From assembly GCA_048213135.1 (NCBI GenBank), contig PS015076.1, forward strand, positions 63,264-102,294: a stretch of 39,031 nucleotides of DNA, in the 5' to 3' direction. The notes under the pieces are model-generated. The model saw only the letters and a program-made list of their open reading frames with translations, was not told the origin of the DNA and did no database searches. This DNA is from Reclinomonas americana ATCC 50394 (Eukaryota). The position numbers and the translations under genes were made by a program. Shown piece by piece: positions 1 through 9,972 of this stretch (positions are counted from its first letter, which is position 1; each line of letters opens with the position of its first letter).

Positions 1-2683
1 TGTGGAGACGCAACAGCAAAGCGAGCACGACGCTTGCGCAGCCGCTCGCCCACAATGTCGCGCAGGAATTCGAGCACGTCCGGTGCATGCTTGGCGTCGG
101 CATCGTCACGTCGCAAACCCAGCGCGGCGTTCCACGCACCCGCAGTACTGGCGGCCGCACAGCACGGACTCGGTTGCTTCACCCACGCGCCCAACACTGT
201 CGGCGAGTACGTGATGGAGAAATTGCGAAAGGCGCTGTTGAGACCGGGTAGCGCGCCGTCGGGGAACAGCAGCTGCATCAGCTGCTCATTCGTCAACTCC
301 TCGCTCTGCTCCGAATCCATCTCCACCGCCGTCGGTGGCGCTGCTGCGGTCGCGGTGGCGGCGACGGCGTCCTCCTTNNNNNNNNNNNNNNNNNNNNNNN
401 NNNNNNNNNNNNNNNNNNNNNNNNNNNNNNNNNNNNNNNNNNNNNNNNNNNNNNNNNNNNNNNNNNNNNNNNNNNNNNNNNNNNNNNNNNNNNNNNNNNN
501 NNNNNNNNNNNNNNNNNNNNNNNNNNNNNNNNNNNNNNNNNNNNNNNNNNNNNNNNNNNNNNNNNNNNNNNNNNNNNNNNNNNNNNNNNNNNNNNNNNNN
601 NNNNNNNNNNNNNNNNNNNNNNNNNNNNNNNNNNNNNNNNNNNNNNNNNNNNNNNNNNNNNNNNNNNNNNNNNNNNNNNNNNNNNNNNNNNNNNNNNNNN
701 NNNNNNNNNNNNNNNNNNNNNNNNNNNNNNNNNNNNNNNNNNNNNNNNNNNNNNNNNNNNNNNNNNNNNNNNNNNNNNNNNNNNNNNNNNNNNNNNNNNN
801 NNNNNNNNNNNNNNNNNNNNNNNNNNNNNNNNNNNNNNNNNNNNNNNNNNNNNNNNNNNNNNNNNNNNNNNNNNNNNNNNNNNNNNNNNNNNNNNNNNNN
901 NNNNNNNNNNNNNNNNNNNNNNNNNNNNNNNNNNNNNNNNNNNNNNNNNNNNNNNNNNNNNNNNNNNNNNNNNNNNNNNNNNNNNNNNNNNNNNNNNATT
1001 CTCGGTGGTGGTGGAGGCGACTGCACGCGATGGCACCGCCACCACCACCTTTTGCCTGCGTGTAGCACTGGCGGTGGTGTCCAGCGAGAGCAGTGTTGAC
1101 GGCGGCCGCGGTGGCAGCTCATTGACAATCATGGTCGCGAGAATCGCCTTTTGCTCATCCTCCGACGTCGGCGACGACAGCGGCGACGCCGACGAGCTCG
1201 ACAGCGAATCCGACAGCCGATCACTGTGCTCCGCCGCCGCCGCAGCCGCGGCAGCAGCGCTCGGCTTGCCCTCGATCAAATCACGCTCCAGCGGCACTGG
1301 CGCGTGCGGTCGTCCCATCAACAGCGACGGCGACGACGACGACTTGCCAATCACCATGAGACCGGCGGCGGCCGTCGACCAGCCGTTCTCCGTGGGGGGA
1401 CTGCGGGCGGCAAAGCTCTTGCGAATGGGCACAATCATGTCTTCCTCTTCTTCTTCTTCCTCTGTGTCGTCGCCCTCAATGAATAGTTGGCGGCGTTGGC
1501 TTGGTGGTTGAACGGGGGGCAAAGGGGCGTGGGGTGGGGGTGGTGAGGGGACTGTGGGGGAAGGAGAAGGGGTGAGAAAAAGGAAAGGGGGAAGGGGGGA
1601 GGAGAGCTGGGGAAACGGAGAAAGAACAAAGCCAGAGGCTAGAGGGTAGGACTGAAGAGTGGGAGGAGAAGAGGAGTGATTACAGAGAAGGAAGATGAGG
1701 AAGAAGAGGAAAGGAGAGAGTCGGACTGAGACAACTGAGCTGCGAAAGAGGGACAGCAAGAATGGAGGCAGCAGAGAGGATGATAGGGGGCAAAGGAGAA
1801 GAGGCAAGAGGAGGGCAGGGGGAGGAAAGACTGTCAGGAGGGAGGAGAGAGTCACAATGAGCTGTGAAAGAGGGACAGCGAGAAAGGGAAGCAGCGAAGA
1901 GGGACAGGAGGGAGGAGAAGTGACGAGAGGGAGGAAGGAGGAAGGGACGGACACAAGGAGGGGAGAGAAAGGGAAGGGAAGGAGGGGACGAGACGAGAAG
2001 ACAGGAAGGCAGAGGGAGGAGGCAAGAGGGGGCCAGAGGGAGGGATGAAGACCAGAGGGCGATGGAGGAGAGGCAGAGAGAGAAGAGAGAGAGAGAGAAG
2101 AGACAGAAGGAAGATGAGGAGGGAGAGACAGTGAGAGGGAGGGCAGGAGGACGCAACAGGGAGAGGCACGAGGGAGATACAGAGAGAACACGCTCCAAAA
2201 TGCACCTGCAGACGACAACACTGGCGATCGCGATGACAAGCTCGACCAACGCGCAGGCACAATCGCTATGGATGCTGATGTTGTAGTTGTAGTTGACACT
2301 GACTGTTCCTGTTGCCTTGCACTCTATTCTCCCCGCACGCACGCAACAATAATAAACACAGACACAAGAGAGTGAGAGATCAAACAGAGCGCGGACATTG
2401 GTTGCCGAGTTCCTCCGTGTGTGTGTGATTATTTCCCCTTGCCTCTCTTTGTCAGACAACTCACCCCTCCAATGCGCATCCACAGTGCACACTCTGTGTG
2501 TGCGTCTGTGAGGCGCCACATGCACTGAGAGCGCGCATGCTCAAATTCCGCTCTCCTTGCGCTCTCCAGCGAGGAGGAGGAGTTGTTGACAAGGGTGTGT
2601 AAGAGAGGGAGGCCGCGGGGTGCGCAGAAGCGGAAGGCCACTTGCGAGTGTTCTTCGCAGAGGGCCGAGTGCATCATCATCAT
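1..2683 (-). CDS. Partial multi-exon gene: low-complexity S/P/E-rich N-terminal part, then a papain/peptidase-C39-like (BIVM-like) motif; runs off the window start
   Basis: The minus-strand segment 377-15 reads KEDAV...LGAWVKQPSPCCAAASTAGAWNAALG...LRKRRARFA and ends at donor T|GTTGCG (plus 9-14). An upstream coding segment lies at ~1497-999, across an N gap. A possible first exon MMMMHSALCEEH... starts near 2683. The 5' exon structure is uncertain and the family call rests on motif resemblance only. Confidence 0.55.
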
Positions 2684-2927
2684 TGTGAGAGATGAGAGAG
2701 ATTGATAGCGAACGGTCACAATGATGAGTCAACGGTGCGCGGACAACTGCGGTATTGATATTGGGGGAATTGAAAGGGAGGTCAAATGTATGTGGGACTA
2801 CAGGTTAGTGATTGGGACGGGGGGGGGGGTGTTGTCTGTGAAAGGGAGCTGAGGGTCGGGAGGATGGAGGGCAGCAGCAGGAAAGTTATTGATTGCTTCA
2901 CGAATATGGACCGCAGCGGCCAAGCTT

Positions 2928-3364
2928 CAACAACAACAAATTCATTCACCAACAAACAAGCAACAGCTGTCTTGATGACCAAGTTCAACCGTATCCAAAA
3001 CATCAACACAGCCACCAATCTTGAGGCAGCAGCAGGTTCCTTGTGTGTGTGTGTTCGCTCTCGGAGCTCCGAACAAGTCGAGAATTGCGATCTCCACCGC
3101 ATAAGGCGTGGTTGACCAGTGGATTTGACGCACTTGCATAGACGCATAGCGTTTTCTGCGATCGTACACGGCACATCGAATTCGGGAAAAGGCCATAAGC
3201 CAGGCAAACAAAGCAAAGCCGGGTCCGGATCCGTGAAGCAGGCAAAGCAAAAAGCAGACAGTGGTGGTGTCGCGATCGTACGTTGGTGGCGTGGTTGAAA
3301 ACAGGAGAGAGCTTGTCATGTTGTTGGTGAGGCTCATATCGGTGGTGGCTGGTGGTGGGCGCAG

Positions 3365-3398
<34 letters not shown>

Positions 3399-3615
3399 CA
3401 TTGTTGTCGCATCAGTGATTTCAAATTATAAACACTGTGACAGCCACTGACCGGTGGCCGCACAGTGAGAAAACCAGAGGACTGAGGGTTGAAGGCGACG
3501 TTGACCACAGATACAATGTTGTTGTTGTCGTCGTCATTATGTGGCAAGGGATTTGTGGACATTAGTCATCAAGACAGCTGTTGCTTGTTTGTTGGTGAAT
3601 GAATTGTTGTTGTTG
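2928..3615. repeat. Inverted repeat pair with a 41-bp perfect core and ~585-bp spacer
   Basis: 2939-2979 (aattcattcacc...cttgatgac) is the exact reverse complement of 3565-3605. The match extends to ~51 bp with one indel. Confidence 0.9.
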
Positions 3616-4235
3616 TCGCATTATTGGAATGTGGTGAATGAAGTGTTTTGTTTTTTACAGTGATGGCGGTGGAGGGGAAGAACGTGCAAGACATGCTGAA
3701 AGCAGAGCCAGTGTCAGCAGTTACTGCCGTGCAGTGTTGATGCGTATACAGTGTTGCTGTTGTTGTATTCGCCCTGCGTCTCCCACTCATGCTGCCCTCA
3801 CCTGTGTGGTTGCTTGCCCATCTCCAACCCGACGAATATCGACCTCGGTTTTGGGCAACCATGAGCTGCGAGACTTCTTCTCGCACTCACTTCGCCCGCA
3901 CCCACGGCAGCGGAGCACGACACACACTGGCGCCACGCACACTCAACTGCGGCGCACGCGACGAATCCCGCCACAAATCCGAACGCGCGTACACAGAATG
4001 ACACAGGACGCCGCCTTGGGTTCGTTGCGTTGCGAGAAGTGTCTCATCCCCACTCAGCAGCAACCCTGCTGGTCAACATCTTGGATAGGGGGAGCCTTGT
4101 ATCAGAAGAACAGGTTCAAGCTCCACAGCAACAAAACTCCTGACGTTCTCCCATTTCTGCGAAGGGTCAAGGTTCCGCGATTCTGCAAAAGTCAACAGCG
4201 GCGGGCAAAGAGCACAAGCGTCAAGGAAAGGCCAG

Positions 4236-4380
4236 CGTTCCTGTCGGAGAGCTATCCACGGGGAACGACGCAGCACCACGGCTTCCAAAGATCGCATGAA
4301 TATCAACAACGGTGCTGATTTAACGTTCCTGTCGGAGAGCTCCACGCTTCCACAGAGCGTATGAATATCAACAACGGTTC
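4236..4380. repeat. Tandem pair of elements with conserved arms and a variable centre
   Basis: cgttcctgtcggagagct...atgaatatcaacaacggt occurs at 4236-4313 and again at 4324-4378. Confidence 0.9.
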
Positions 4381-4495
4381 TGCCTTCCTCCACGCAGAGA
4401 CGCGCAACAGCCAATTCATTCATTCGCCAGCAAACACGGCGACACACACGCGGCTGAAAGCGTACACAACAACAATCAAAAAAACGAACCCGTTA

Positions 4496-5002
4496 TCACT
4501 CATCGCTCGAGTGCACCTGCGCAACAACAAAACAAACACACACACACACATGCACGAACCACAACGTCAGCGCACAAGTTCCTCTCTCTCTCTCTCTCAA
4601 GCAGAACGCAACATCCGGCATCTCATTCATGGCGACGACAGCAGTAGTGCCACCGCACGAGACAGACTCGTGCGAGGCCTCACCGACAGGGTCGGCGCCG
4701 ATGATAGCGGCACACGGAAGGCTCTCCAAGCCCTCTGCGAGTGAGAGACAGAGAGTAAGAGAGTGAGTGACACACATTCTCCTCTCGCGGTCTCACATTC
4801 TCACACACGCATACACATGGATACATCTCACTCTCTCACACTCACACCCTTGCACACACACTCATACACTCACACACTCACACACACACTCAGCCGCTCT
4901 CCTGTCTTCCCTTTCCTCTCTCTCTCCACTCTCTCTCTCTCTCTCTCTCTGTCTGACTCTTTCTTCTCACGCACCATTCGGACGCGAATGCGAAGAACCC
5001 AT
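4496..5002 (-). CDS. 56-aa three-exon microprotein with an N-myristoylation-type start (MGSSHS)
   Basis: Exons 5002-4975, 4734-4613 and 4516-4496 join in frame through GT..CAG introns: MGSSHSRPNEGLESLPCAAIIGADPVGEASHESVSCGGTTAVVAMNEMPDVHSSDE, followed by TGA TAA. Confidence 0.65.
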
Positions 5003-5142
5003 CTCTCTCACACACGTGCTCACACTGCTTCACTCGCAACCACAAGAACAACGAAGGAGATCTCTCGCAAGAGAATAGAATCACAATGAATGTGTGTCCC
5101 ACTGTCGCCTTCGTGTCCCCCCCTCTCTCTCCCCTTTCCTCC

Positions 5143-6252
5143 ATGGCATCCACCGCTCCTCCCCCTCCCTTCTTCTGCAAAGTAATGCAAGAACCTGCGA
5201 GAGTCTTCACAGTCGCCATCACTCCCGATTCGCGCCACATTGTGAGTGGAGGTGTGAACAGCGTGGTGCGTGTGTGGTCACTGGCGAGTGGCAAGGAGGT
5301 GCGCCAGTTGCGAGGACACACCGATGACGTGCGGTCTGTCACCGTCACTCCCGACGGTCAGCACGTTGTCAGTGGGAGTGGTGACGCGTCTGTGCGCATG
5401 TGGTCGCTGGCGAGTGGCGAAGAGGTGCGACGCATGGAGGGGCACACAGGGAGGGTGAACTCTGTCGCCGTCTCTCCCGATGGTCTGCTCGTGGCGAGTG
5501 GGGGTTGGGACAAGACAGTGCGACTGTGGTCTCTGGTGAGTGGCGGCGAAGTGCGACGGCTGGAGGGACACGATGATCAGGCGTGGTCTGTCGTCTTTGC
5601 TCCCGATGGCCAGCACGTGCTCAGTGCGAGTCTGGACTGGACTGTGCGTGCGTGGTCTGTGGCGAGTGGGGAGGAAGTGCGGCGGTTCGTCGAGCACGGT
5701 GATGGTGATTCGGTGTACTCTGTGGCTGTGTCGCCAGACGGGCAGTGTGTGTTGAGTGGGAGCTCGGACTGCACAGTGCGAGTGTGGTCCATGGCGACTG
5801 GCGCCACCCTGCAGCGCCTGGAGAGACACGACGGATGGGTGTTTTCCGTCGCCTTCACTTTCGATGCTCGGTACATGGTGAGCGGGAGCGGAGGCAGCAC
5901 TGTACGACTGTGGTCCGCCGTGACTGGGGCGGAGATTTGCCAGCTGCAGGGGCACGCTAGCGCGGTGTGGTCGGTCGCCGCTGCACCCTGCGGTCAGCAC
6001 ATTGCGAGTGGCGGCGAGGACGGGACGGTACGAGTGTGGTCGACGCCGTGCGGACTCGCCCGCTTCGATCTCGACGAAGCACGGCAGGCCATGCGAGCTG
6101 TCCAGGAGATGCTGGAGGAGGAGGAGGAGGAGGAGGAGGAGGAGGAGGAGATGGATCCACGCTGCCTGCCAGAGATGGTGCTGCGCTGCTTCATCGTCGA
6201 GGACGCCGAGTTGGTGCTTTTTCGATGCCGCACGACGTCGATGTGTTTGTAA
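5143..6252 (+). CDS. Intronless 7-repeat WD40 protein with a helical/acidic C-terminal tail (paralog 1)
   Basis: Repeats of RVWSLASGxEVRxLEGHxxxVxSVAxxPDGQHVxSGSxDxTV. The start MASTA at 5143 matches paralog 2; an upstream in-frame ATG at 5086 is also possible. Confidence 0.93.
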   Translation: MASTAPPPPFFCKVMQEPARVFTVAITPDSRHIVSGGVNSVVRVWSLASGKEVRQLRGHTDDVRSVTVTPDGQHVVSGSGDASVRMWSLASGEEVRRMEGHTGRVNSVAVSPDGLLVASGGWDKTVRLWSLVSGGEVRRLEGHDDQAWSVVFAPDGQHVLSASLDWTVRAWSVASGEEVRRFVEHGDGDSVYSVAVSPDGQCVLSGSSDCTVRVWSMATGATLQRLERHDGWVFSVAFTFDARYMVSGSGGSTVRLWSAVTGAEICQLQGHASAVWSVAAAPCGQHIASGGEDGTVRVWSTPCGLARFDLDEARQAMRAVQEMLEEEEEEEEEEEEMDPRCLPEMVLRCFIVEDAELVLFRCRTTSMCL

Positions 6253-6482
6253 AGTGGCGAGGTTTGTTTTGAGAGTGAAAGTCGGTTCGCCCCTGTATCT
6301 ATGCATGCGATTACACGCGTGGCTTACACCATGGACAGGGGATGAAAGCAAGGCACCAACAACAAGCTCCACGTTCATGCATTCATTCTGTTGTCCCACA
6401 ACATTTTTTACACCTTACCTTCCTTGCGCGCACTCCGCTATTCCATCTCCCTCGCACGCTCTTTTGAACCCTTTCAAAAACC

Positions 6483-7574
6483 ATGGCATCCACGGCTTTG
6501 CTATCACGCAGGATGCTGCATAGAGTTGGGGGAGTGTACTCTGTCCACTTCTCCCCCGACGGTCTGCATGTGGTGAGCGGAGGTTCGGACGGCACAGTGC
6601 GAGTGTGGTCACTGGCGAGTGGTAAAGAAGTACGGCGACTGGAGGGACGAGCTGACTGGGTGTTGTGTGTCGCCGCTGTTGTCGGCGGTGAGCACATTGT
6701 GATTGGAAGTGAGAATGAGACTGTGCGAGTGTGGTCGCTGGCGAGTGGCGAGGAAGTGCGACAGCTGGAGGGACACACGCGAGGAGTGCGCGCTGCTGCT
6801 GTCACTCGCGATGGTCAGTACATTGTGAGTGGCAGCGACGACAAAACGATTCGAGTGTGGTCTGCGGCGAGTGGCGACGAGGTGCGACGGTTGGAGGGGC
6901 ATGCTGGGTGGGTGTGGTCGGTTGTCATCACGCACGATGGTCAGCACGTGGTGAGTGGAAGTCACGACAAGACAGTGCGCGTGTGGTCGCTGGCGAGTGG
7001 CGAAGAGGTGATGCGGTTGGAGGGGCACACTGCGTTTCTGTTCGCTGTCGCGGTTGCCCCCGACGGGCAGCACGTGGTGAGCAGCAGTTTTGATATGACA
7101 GTGCGCGTGTGGTCGCTGGCGAGTGGGCAAGAGTTGCGACAGCTGCACGGATACGTGAATTGGGTGCGATGCGTCGCCGTCATGCCCGACGGTCAACACC
7201 TTGTGTGTGGCAGCGACGATGCGACTGTGCGAGTGTGGTCGCTGGCGAGCGGCGACGAGGTGCGACGACTGGAGGGACACACCGACTGGGTATGGTCCGT
7301 CGCCATCTCGCCTGACGGTCAGCACCTTGTGAGCGGCAGCGATGACTCGACCATGAGTTTGTGGTCCACTCCATGCGGTCTCGCTCGCTGGGAGCTCGAC
7401 AAAGCACGCCAGGCCATGCCAGCGATTCAGGAGATACTGGAGGAGGAGGAAAGGGAGGAGGAGCAGGCGAATGTTCCACGCTGCCTGCCAGAGATAGTGC
7501 TGCGGTGCTTCATCGTCGAGGATGCCGAGGCAGTGCTCTTCCGGTGCCGCACCGATACCACACTGTGCCTCTAG
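6483..7574 (+). CDS. Intronless 7-repeat WD40 protein (paralog 2, tandem duplicate)
   Basis: Same repeat consensus, and the same tail STPCGLAR..LD.ARQAM..QE.LEEE..PRCLPE.VLRCFIVEDAE.VLFRCRT...CL as paralog 1. Confidence 0.93.
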   Translation: MASTALLSRRMLHRVGGVYSVHFSPDGLHVVSGGSDGTVRVWSLASGKEVRRLEGRADWVLCVAAVVGGEHIVIGSENETVRVWSLASGEEVRQLEGHTRGVRAAAVTRDGQYIVSGSDDKTIRVWSAASGDEVRRLEGHAGWVWSVVITHDGQHVVSGSHDKTVRVWSLASGEEVMRLEGHTAFLFAVAVAPDGQHVVSSSFDMTVRVWSLASGQELRQLHGYVNWVRCVAVMPDGQHLVCGSDDATVRVWSLASGDEVRRLEGHTDWVWSVAISPDGQHLVSGSDDSTMSLWSTPCGLARWELDKARQAMPAIQEILEEEEREEEQANVPRCLPEIVLRCFIVEDAEAVLFRCRTDTTLCL

Positions 7575-7897
7575 CGTGGTCGCTGGCCTCTTGAAGCCGT
7601 TCTGTCGGGGAAATGTATGCGTCGCGCGACGCACTGCGGGTTGCACTTGCACAATTGCTCCACAGAAGAATCCTACACGATGCTACTCGCTATTGACTTT
7701 CCCTTCGTGTCTCTCTCTCACTCTCTCTGTCTGTCTGCCGTTCTGTCTGTTTACATTATCTGCGCATCTCGACTTCCAGTCACCAAAGGCGACACAGGTG
7801 TAGCTTCGTCTGCACTGCTCAGTATTGGTATCGATATCGTGATGGATGATTGACGCCGACACATCTTCTCACCCCCTCTCTTTCCACCGCCTCCGCC

Positions 7898-9370
7898 ATG
7901 GGCGCCTGCTGCTGCGCACCGCGCGACGGCCACCCTCTCTCACATCAAAAGCCACACCACGAACAGCGGTACCTCACGCAATCACCAGTCACCACCGAGG
8001 CCACGACTCCCTCAACCGCCGATGTCAACGATGATGATGAGTACGATGATGACGATGAGAGGAGACACCGACGTCGGCGACGACGACGAGCACCGCCCAC
8101 ATTGCCACCAGAGGTCGCCCGCTTGACAGGTTGCAGCGGTCGCGTGCACGCAGTCGCTGTGTCGCCGCATGTCGCCGGATTGCCGCAGGTAATCTACAGA
8201 GCGAGAGAGTGCTCATTCTGTCTCCCTTCCCCACACACTCTCTCTCTCTCCCTCTCTCCAGCTGGTGGCCACGGCATGCGAGAACCAAACCGTGGAGATC
8301 TTCAACGCCGACACGGCCACGTTTCTCGGCAAACGCGAGGGACACAACAGCGAGGTGCTCTCCGTGGCCTTCTCGCCCTCCGATCCCACCATGCTGGTGA
8401 GTGGAGGCGGCGGTCGGCGCTACCTCAACTACGAGGTCATTCTGTGGGATCTGTCGGATATGGTGGCCAGTCGCCGGCGCGTCCGCATGCAGCCGCGCAG
8501 TCGCTTGCCGCCCATCAACCCTCTCCGCTGGCGATCGCGGAGACTGACGCACAGCACCGATTCGCTGGTCGTCTCACGTGATCAGCGGCTGGTGGTGGCG
8601 GCCGTGCGCGATGGCACTGTGCGCGTGTGGCAAGCGGCTTCCGGCAAGTTCCTGCGTGTGCTGGTCGGACATACCGCACCAGTGCGTTCGGTGGCGACGG
8701 TCCTTGTTGGTCAGGAGGAGTTGCTGGTGAGCGGATCCGACGATGGCACGATTCGGTGGTGGCGCATGGACACTGGCGAGTGTCTGCGGTTCGTGCAGAC
8801 CGATAGTGGCGTGCGGTCCGTGGCCGTGTCGGGCGATGATCGCTTGGTGGCGACGTCGCACGCCAATGTGGAGTGGCTCGGACGCAGTTCACCGTCGTTG
8901 CGACGCGCGTCTCACCCGATCCGCCTGTGGTCGTCGCTGTCGGTGTTTGACGACGATGGACCGCAGCTGGTGCGCTCGTTTGGTGGCGGCGGTGGCGACG
9001 GATTCGCGATTGTCGATGCGTCGTTTTGTGGCGACGACGCTCAGTTTGTGCTGAGTAGTGCGCTCGGTTCGTGCACGTGTCGCGCTTGATCGAGGCTGCT
9101 TGCCGTCGACTCACTTCGGTTGCTCGCAGACTGCACCGTGTGCATCTGGCAACGCAGCAATGAGAGCAACGAGTGCGTGGCCGTGGATGTGGTCGGGCCG
9201 GGTCCTCCGGCGCGCAGCCTGCACGATGGGCGCATCGTGTGCGGCTGCTACGAGGGAGTGTTGGCGGTGTTGGCACCGGGTGAGTTGTGGCAACCAGCGC
9301 ATAGGGGATAGAAGGAAGATGAAGATGCGAAAAGCGTGGGCTGCAATTGAAAAAGAGACGAACACAATGT

Positions 9371-9405
<35 letters not shown>

Positions 9406-9721
9406 ACTCTCATCCTTGGAAAAACAATGCGAGTACAAGGTGCAGCAGACAGAGCACAGCGCACCTCAACAACCAGCGCACTCAGTCCGCGAAGAAAGGG
9501 AGAGGGCGAATGTTGGCTCATTTGGAGCTCACCAATGCGCACGTGCAGGTCCCTGGAGCTCCCGCTGGTGTGCCCAACAAGAGTCGCGAGCGGCGCGGAA
9601 TGCCGTGGATGCCGTGTACGGGCTGCTGTGCATGGAGCGTGGCCGCGGCAATGTTGGTGGAGAACCGCTGCCACTGGTGGTGTTGCGCGTAGTGCAAAGT
9701 GGATGCGCGGCAGGAGTGTGA
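7898..9721 (+). CDS. Divergent four-exon WD40 protein with an MGACCC acylation-type N-terminus
   Basis: Exons ~7898-8188, 8262-9067, 9130-9279 and 9549-9721 with GT-AG introns in phase. WD repeats include EGHNSEVLSVAFSP and GHTAPVRSVA..LVSGSDDGTIRWW. Confidence 0.85.
9310..9512 (+). repeat. Dispersed ~200-bp intronic repeat; an inverted copy lies at ~15345-15520
   Basis: atgaagatgcgaa..gcgtgggctgcaa..aaaagagacgaacacaatg..(GA)n..gagcactctc..gcactcagtccgcgaagaaag matches the reverse complement of HGSNAT intron 1 sequence. Confidence 0.85.
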
Positions 9722-9783
9722 CGAATGCTGACAAACAAAATCTACTGCGGCTACATTCTACCCACACATGACACACACACCCG

Positions 9784-9939
9784 TTACTGCTTGTTCCGCT
9801 TTCCGTGACTGTGACCGTGACCGTGACCGTGATGGTGATGGTGATGGTGGTGATGGCCGGGGTGATGACACGCTCCACCCTCCTCCTCTCCTTCCTCGTC
9901 GTCGTCATCATCATCGCCGCCCTCCATCTCTTCGTCTTC

Positions 9940-9972
<33 letters not shown>

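Noticed and set aside
3048-3240. Possible minus-strand H/ACA snoRNA (AGAAAA ... ACA)
   Set aside because: The boxes are too short to be significant, the ACA lies within a CA microsatellite, the second hairpin is atypically long, and no target was identified.
4095-4116. U2-like words ctgttctt/ctgatac on the minus strand
   Set aside because: No branch-pairing GTGTAGTA, stem I or Sm site is present.
3638-4447. ORFs 3638-4318 (+) and 4073-4447 (-) as genes
   Set aside because: No recognisable motifs or protein-like composition; the region looks non-coding.
4493-4498. TGA-TAA at the end of the microprotein read as selenocysteine, with the downstream hairpins as SECIS
   Set aside because: The hairpins lack the AUGA/GA quartet with a correctly spaced AA, and there is no redox motif near the UGA.
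5278-7652. Long antisense ORFs over the WD40 genes
   Set aside because: Shadow ORFs of GC-rich repetitive coding sequence.
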